Origin: Podarcis vaucheri
Taxonomy: Eukaryota
DNA length: 64,000 nt
Strand: one strand, 5' to 3'
Assembly: GCA_965113315.1 (NCBI GenBank)
Contig: OZ220377.1
The notes under the pieces are model-generated. The model was not told where the DNA came from. It searched no databases and was given only the letters and a program-made list of their open reading frames with translations. The stretch's first letter is position 1. Each line of letters opens with the position of its first letter. Position numbers and translations under genes: made by a program. Positions 62,973-64,000 of this stretch are shown piece by piece.

Positions 62973-63565
62973 CCGTATTTTTCGTCCCATAGGATGCTCC
63001 GTCCCATAGGCTGCACCTAGTTTTTTTTGGGGGGGGAAATAAAGGAAAAAATTTTTTCCTTTATTTTCCACCCCAAAACCAGGTCGGGGAAACCGAACCA
63101 GGTCGAGGAACAGCGGGATGGCGGCACTGCGCCTCCCTGCTGTCCCCCGAGCTTGTGGGGCTGGCCGATGTCTGCCCGGCGCGAGGGGCGCTCTGCTTCA
63201 GGGCGCCCCTCGCGCCGGGCGGCAGGCTGCTATCTGCAGCCTAGACAGCCCTGCGAGACCTCCCGCAGGGCTGTCTAGGCTGCGGATGCGTTCCCGAAGC
63301 GCCAGGCACTCTGCTTTCAGTGCGCCCGGCGCTGCGGGAAGCAGGCTGCTATCCGCAGCCTAGACAGCCCTGCGGGAGGTCCCTCAGGGTTGCCTAAGCT
63401 GCGGGTGTCTTCCTGAAGCCTGGAGAGCGAGAGGGGTCGGTGCGCACCGACCCCTCTCGCTCTCCAAGCTTCAGCGAAAGCCTGCATTCGCCCCATAGGA
63501 CGCACCCAGATTTCCCCTTCATTTTTGGAGGGGAAAAAGTGCATCCTATAGGGCGAAAAATACGG
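62973..63565. mobile_element. Tc1/mariner superfamily (Tc2/pogo-like) non-autonomous element, 593 bp
   Basis: TIRs CCGTATTTTTCG.CC.ATAGGATGC / GCATCCTAT.GG.CGAAAAATACGG, TA on both sides, CpG-rich interior. Confidence 0.92.
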
Positions 63566-64000
63566 TATATCTTTAAAAATGGGTTTCAGCAGTTTTCCTT
63601 AACAAACATTAAGCTAACCAGTCTGTAAATTCCTGGATCTCCCCTGGATAACTTTTTTTTAAAAATTGGTGTCACATTGGCAACTTTCTAGTCCTCAGGT
63701 ATGGAAAGCTGATCCTTGGGGACAGGCTGCAATACAGATCTTCCTATGGGAGAGCTGAAAAATAAGTTTCTACAGGCTTATCACCTCTAAGAGTTTAGCT
63801 CCCAGCACACAATGCCTTTGCTATGCCCTTGTCACAGTTTAAGTGGATGCCTTAATTAATTAAATTCCCACAGATGGGAGGAGACCTAGGAAGTGAGTGA
63901 CCTGTCAGCTGCTTTCCTGTCAGCCTGTAAAATTTCTTCATAACAGTGGTCAGCATTTTATTTAATAAGAAGATTTATCTGCCACTTTTCAGCCCTAAAA

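Larger units (their letters stand above)
61630..63725 (-). mobile_element. CR1 LINE ORF2 fragment hosting two younger insertions
   Basis: The minus strand reads ..QPHLECCIQF..PHLKKEIVELENV.KRATKMI.GLKQLSYEERLHHLG.FSL, and CR1-like sequence resumes after each insertion. Confidence 0.85.
19043..64000 (+). other. DSCAML1: DSCAML1 intron 3 (continues beyond the window)
   Basis: No ORF resembling the next expected exon (RFFIT..GGLYISDVQKEDALSTYRC..) was seen downstream. The sequence is repeat-rich and non-coding. Confidence 0.8.

Noticed and set aside
16003-64000. Arthropod Dscam1-style array of mutually exclusive Ig exons
   Set aside because: I saw no duplicated variants of exon 2 or exon 3 in the ORF track or the sequence. 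This fits the lack of such arrays in vertebrate DSCAM genes.

Overview
This is eukaryotic (vertebrate) genomic DNA, most likely from a squamate reptile. The repeat families point to a lacertid-type lizard, but that is an inference. The window holds the 5' end of DSCAML1 on the + strand: a CpG-island promoter (~4.7-5.6 kb) and coding exons 1-3 (5314-5365, 15685-16002, 18896-19042), which splice in frame to give the signal peptide, Ig1 and the N-terminal half of Ig2. About 45 kb of intron 3 follows, and exon 4 is not in the window. A second CpG island with no identifiable gene lies at ~0.8-1.7 kb. The rest is intronic or intergenic sequence with many transposon remnants: hAT MITEs with 8-bp target-site duplications (TSDs), a Tc2/pogo-type MITE, Harbinger-like MITEs, CR1/L2/L1 LINE fragments, tRNA-derived SINEs, Penelope-like remnants and a Rex1/Babar-derived short element. 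Nearly all ORFs in the supplied track are spurious. I found no convincing new multi-gene system. The most notable items are a perfect 40-bp inverted repeat just upstream of the DSCAML1 promoter, a GC/CpG-shifted CR1 relic inside the upstream CpG island, an out-of-frame ATG 5 nt before the DSCAML1 start (overlapping uORF), an internally deleted Rex1-type element, and MITEs that share one core but carry different terminal repeats. Repeat family names come from my recognition of motifs, not from database searches.
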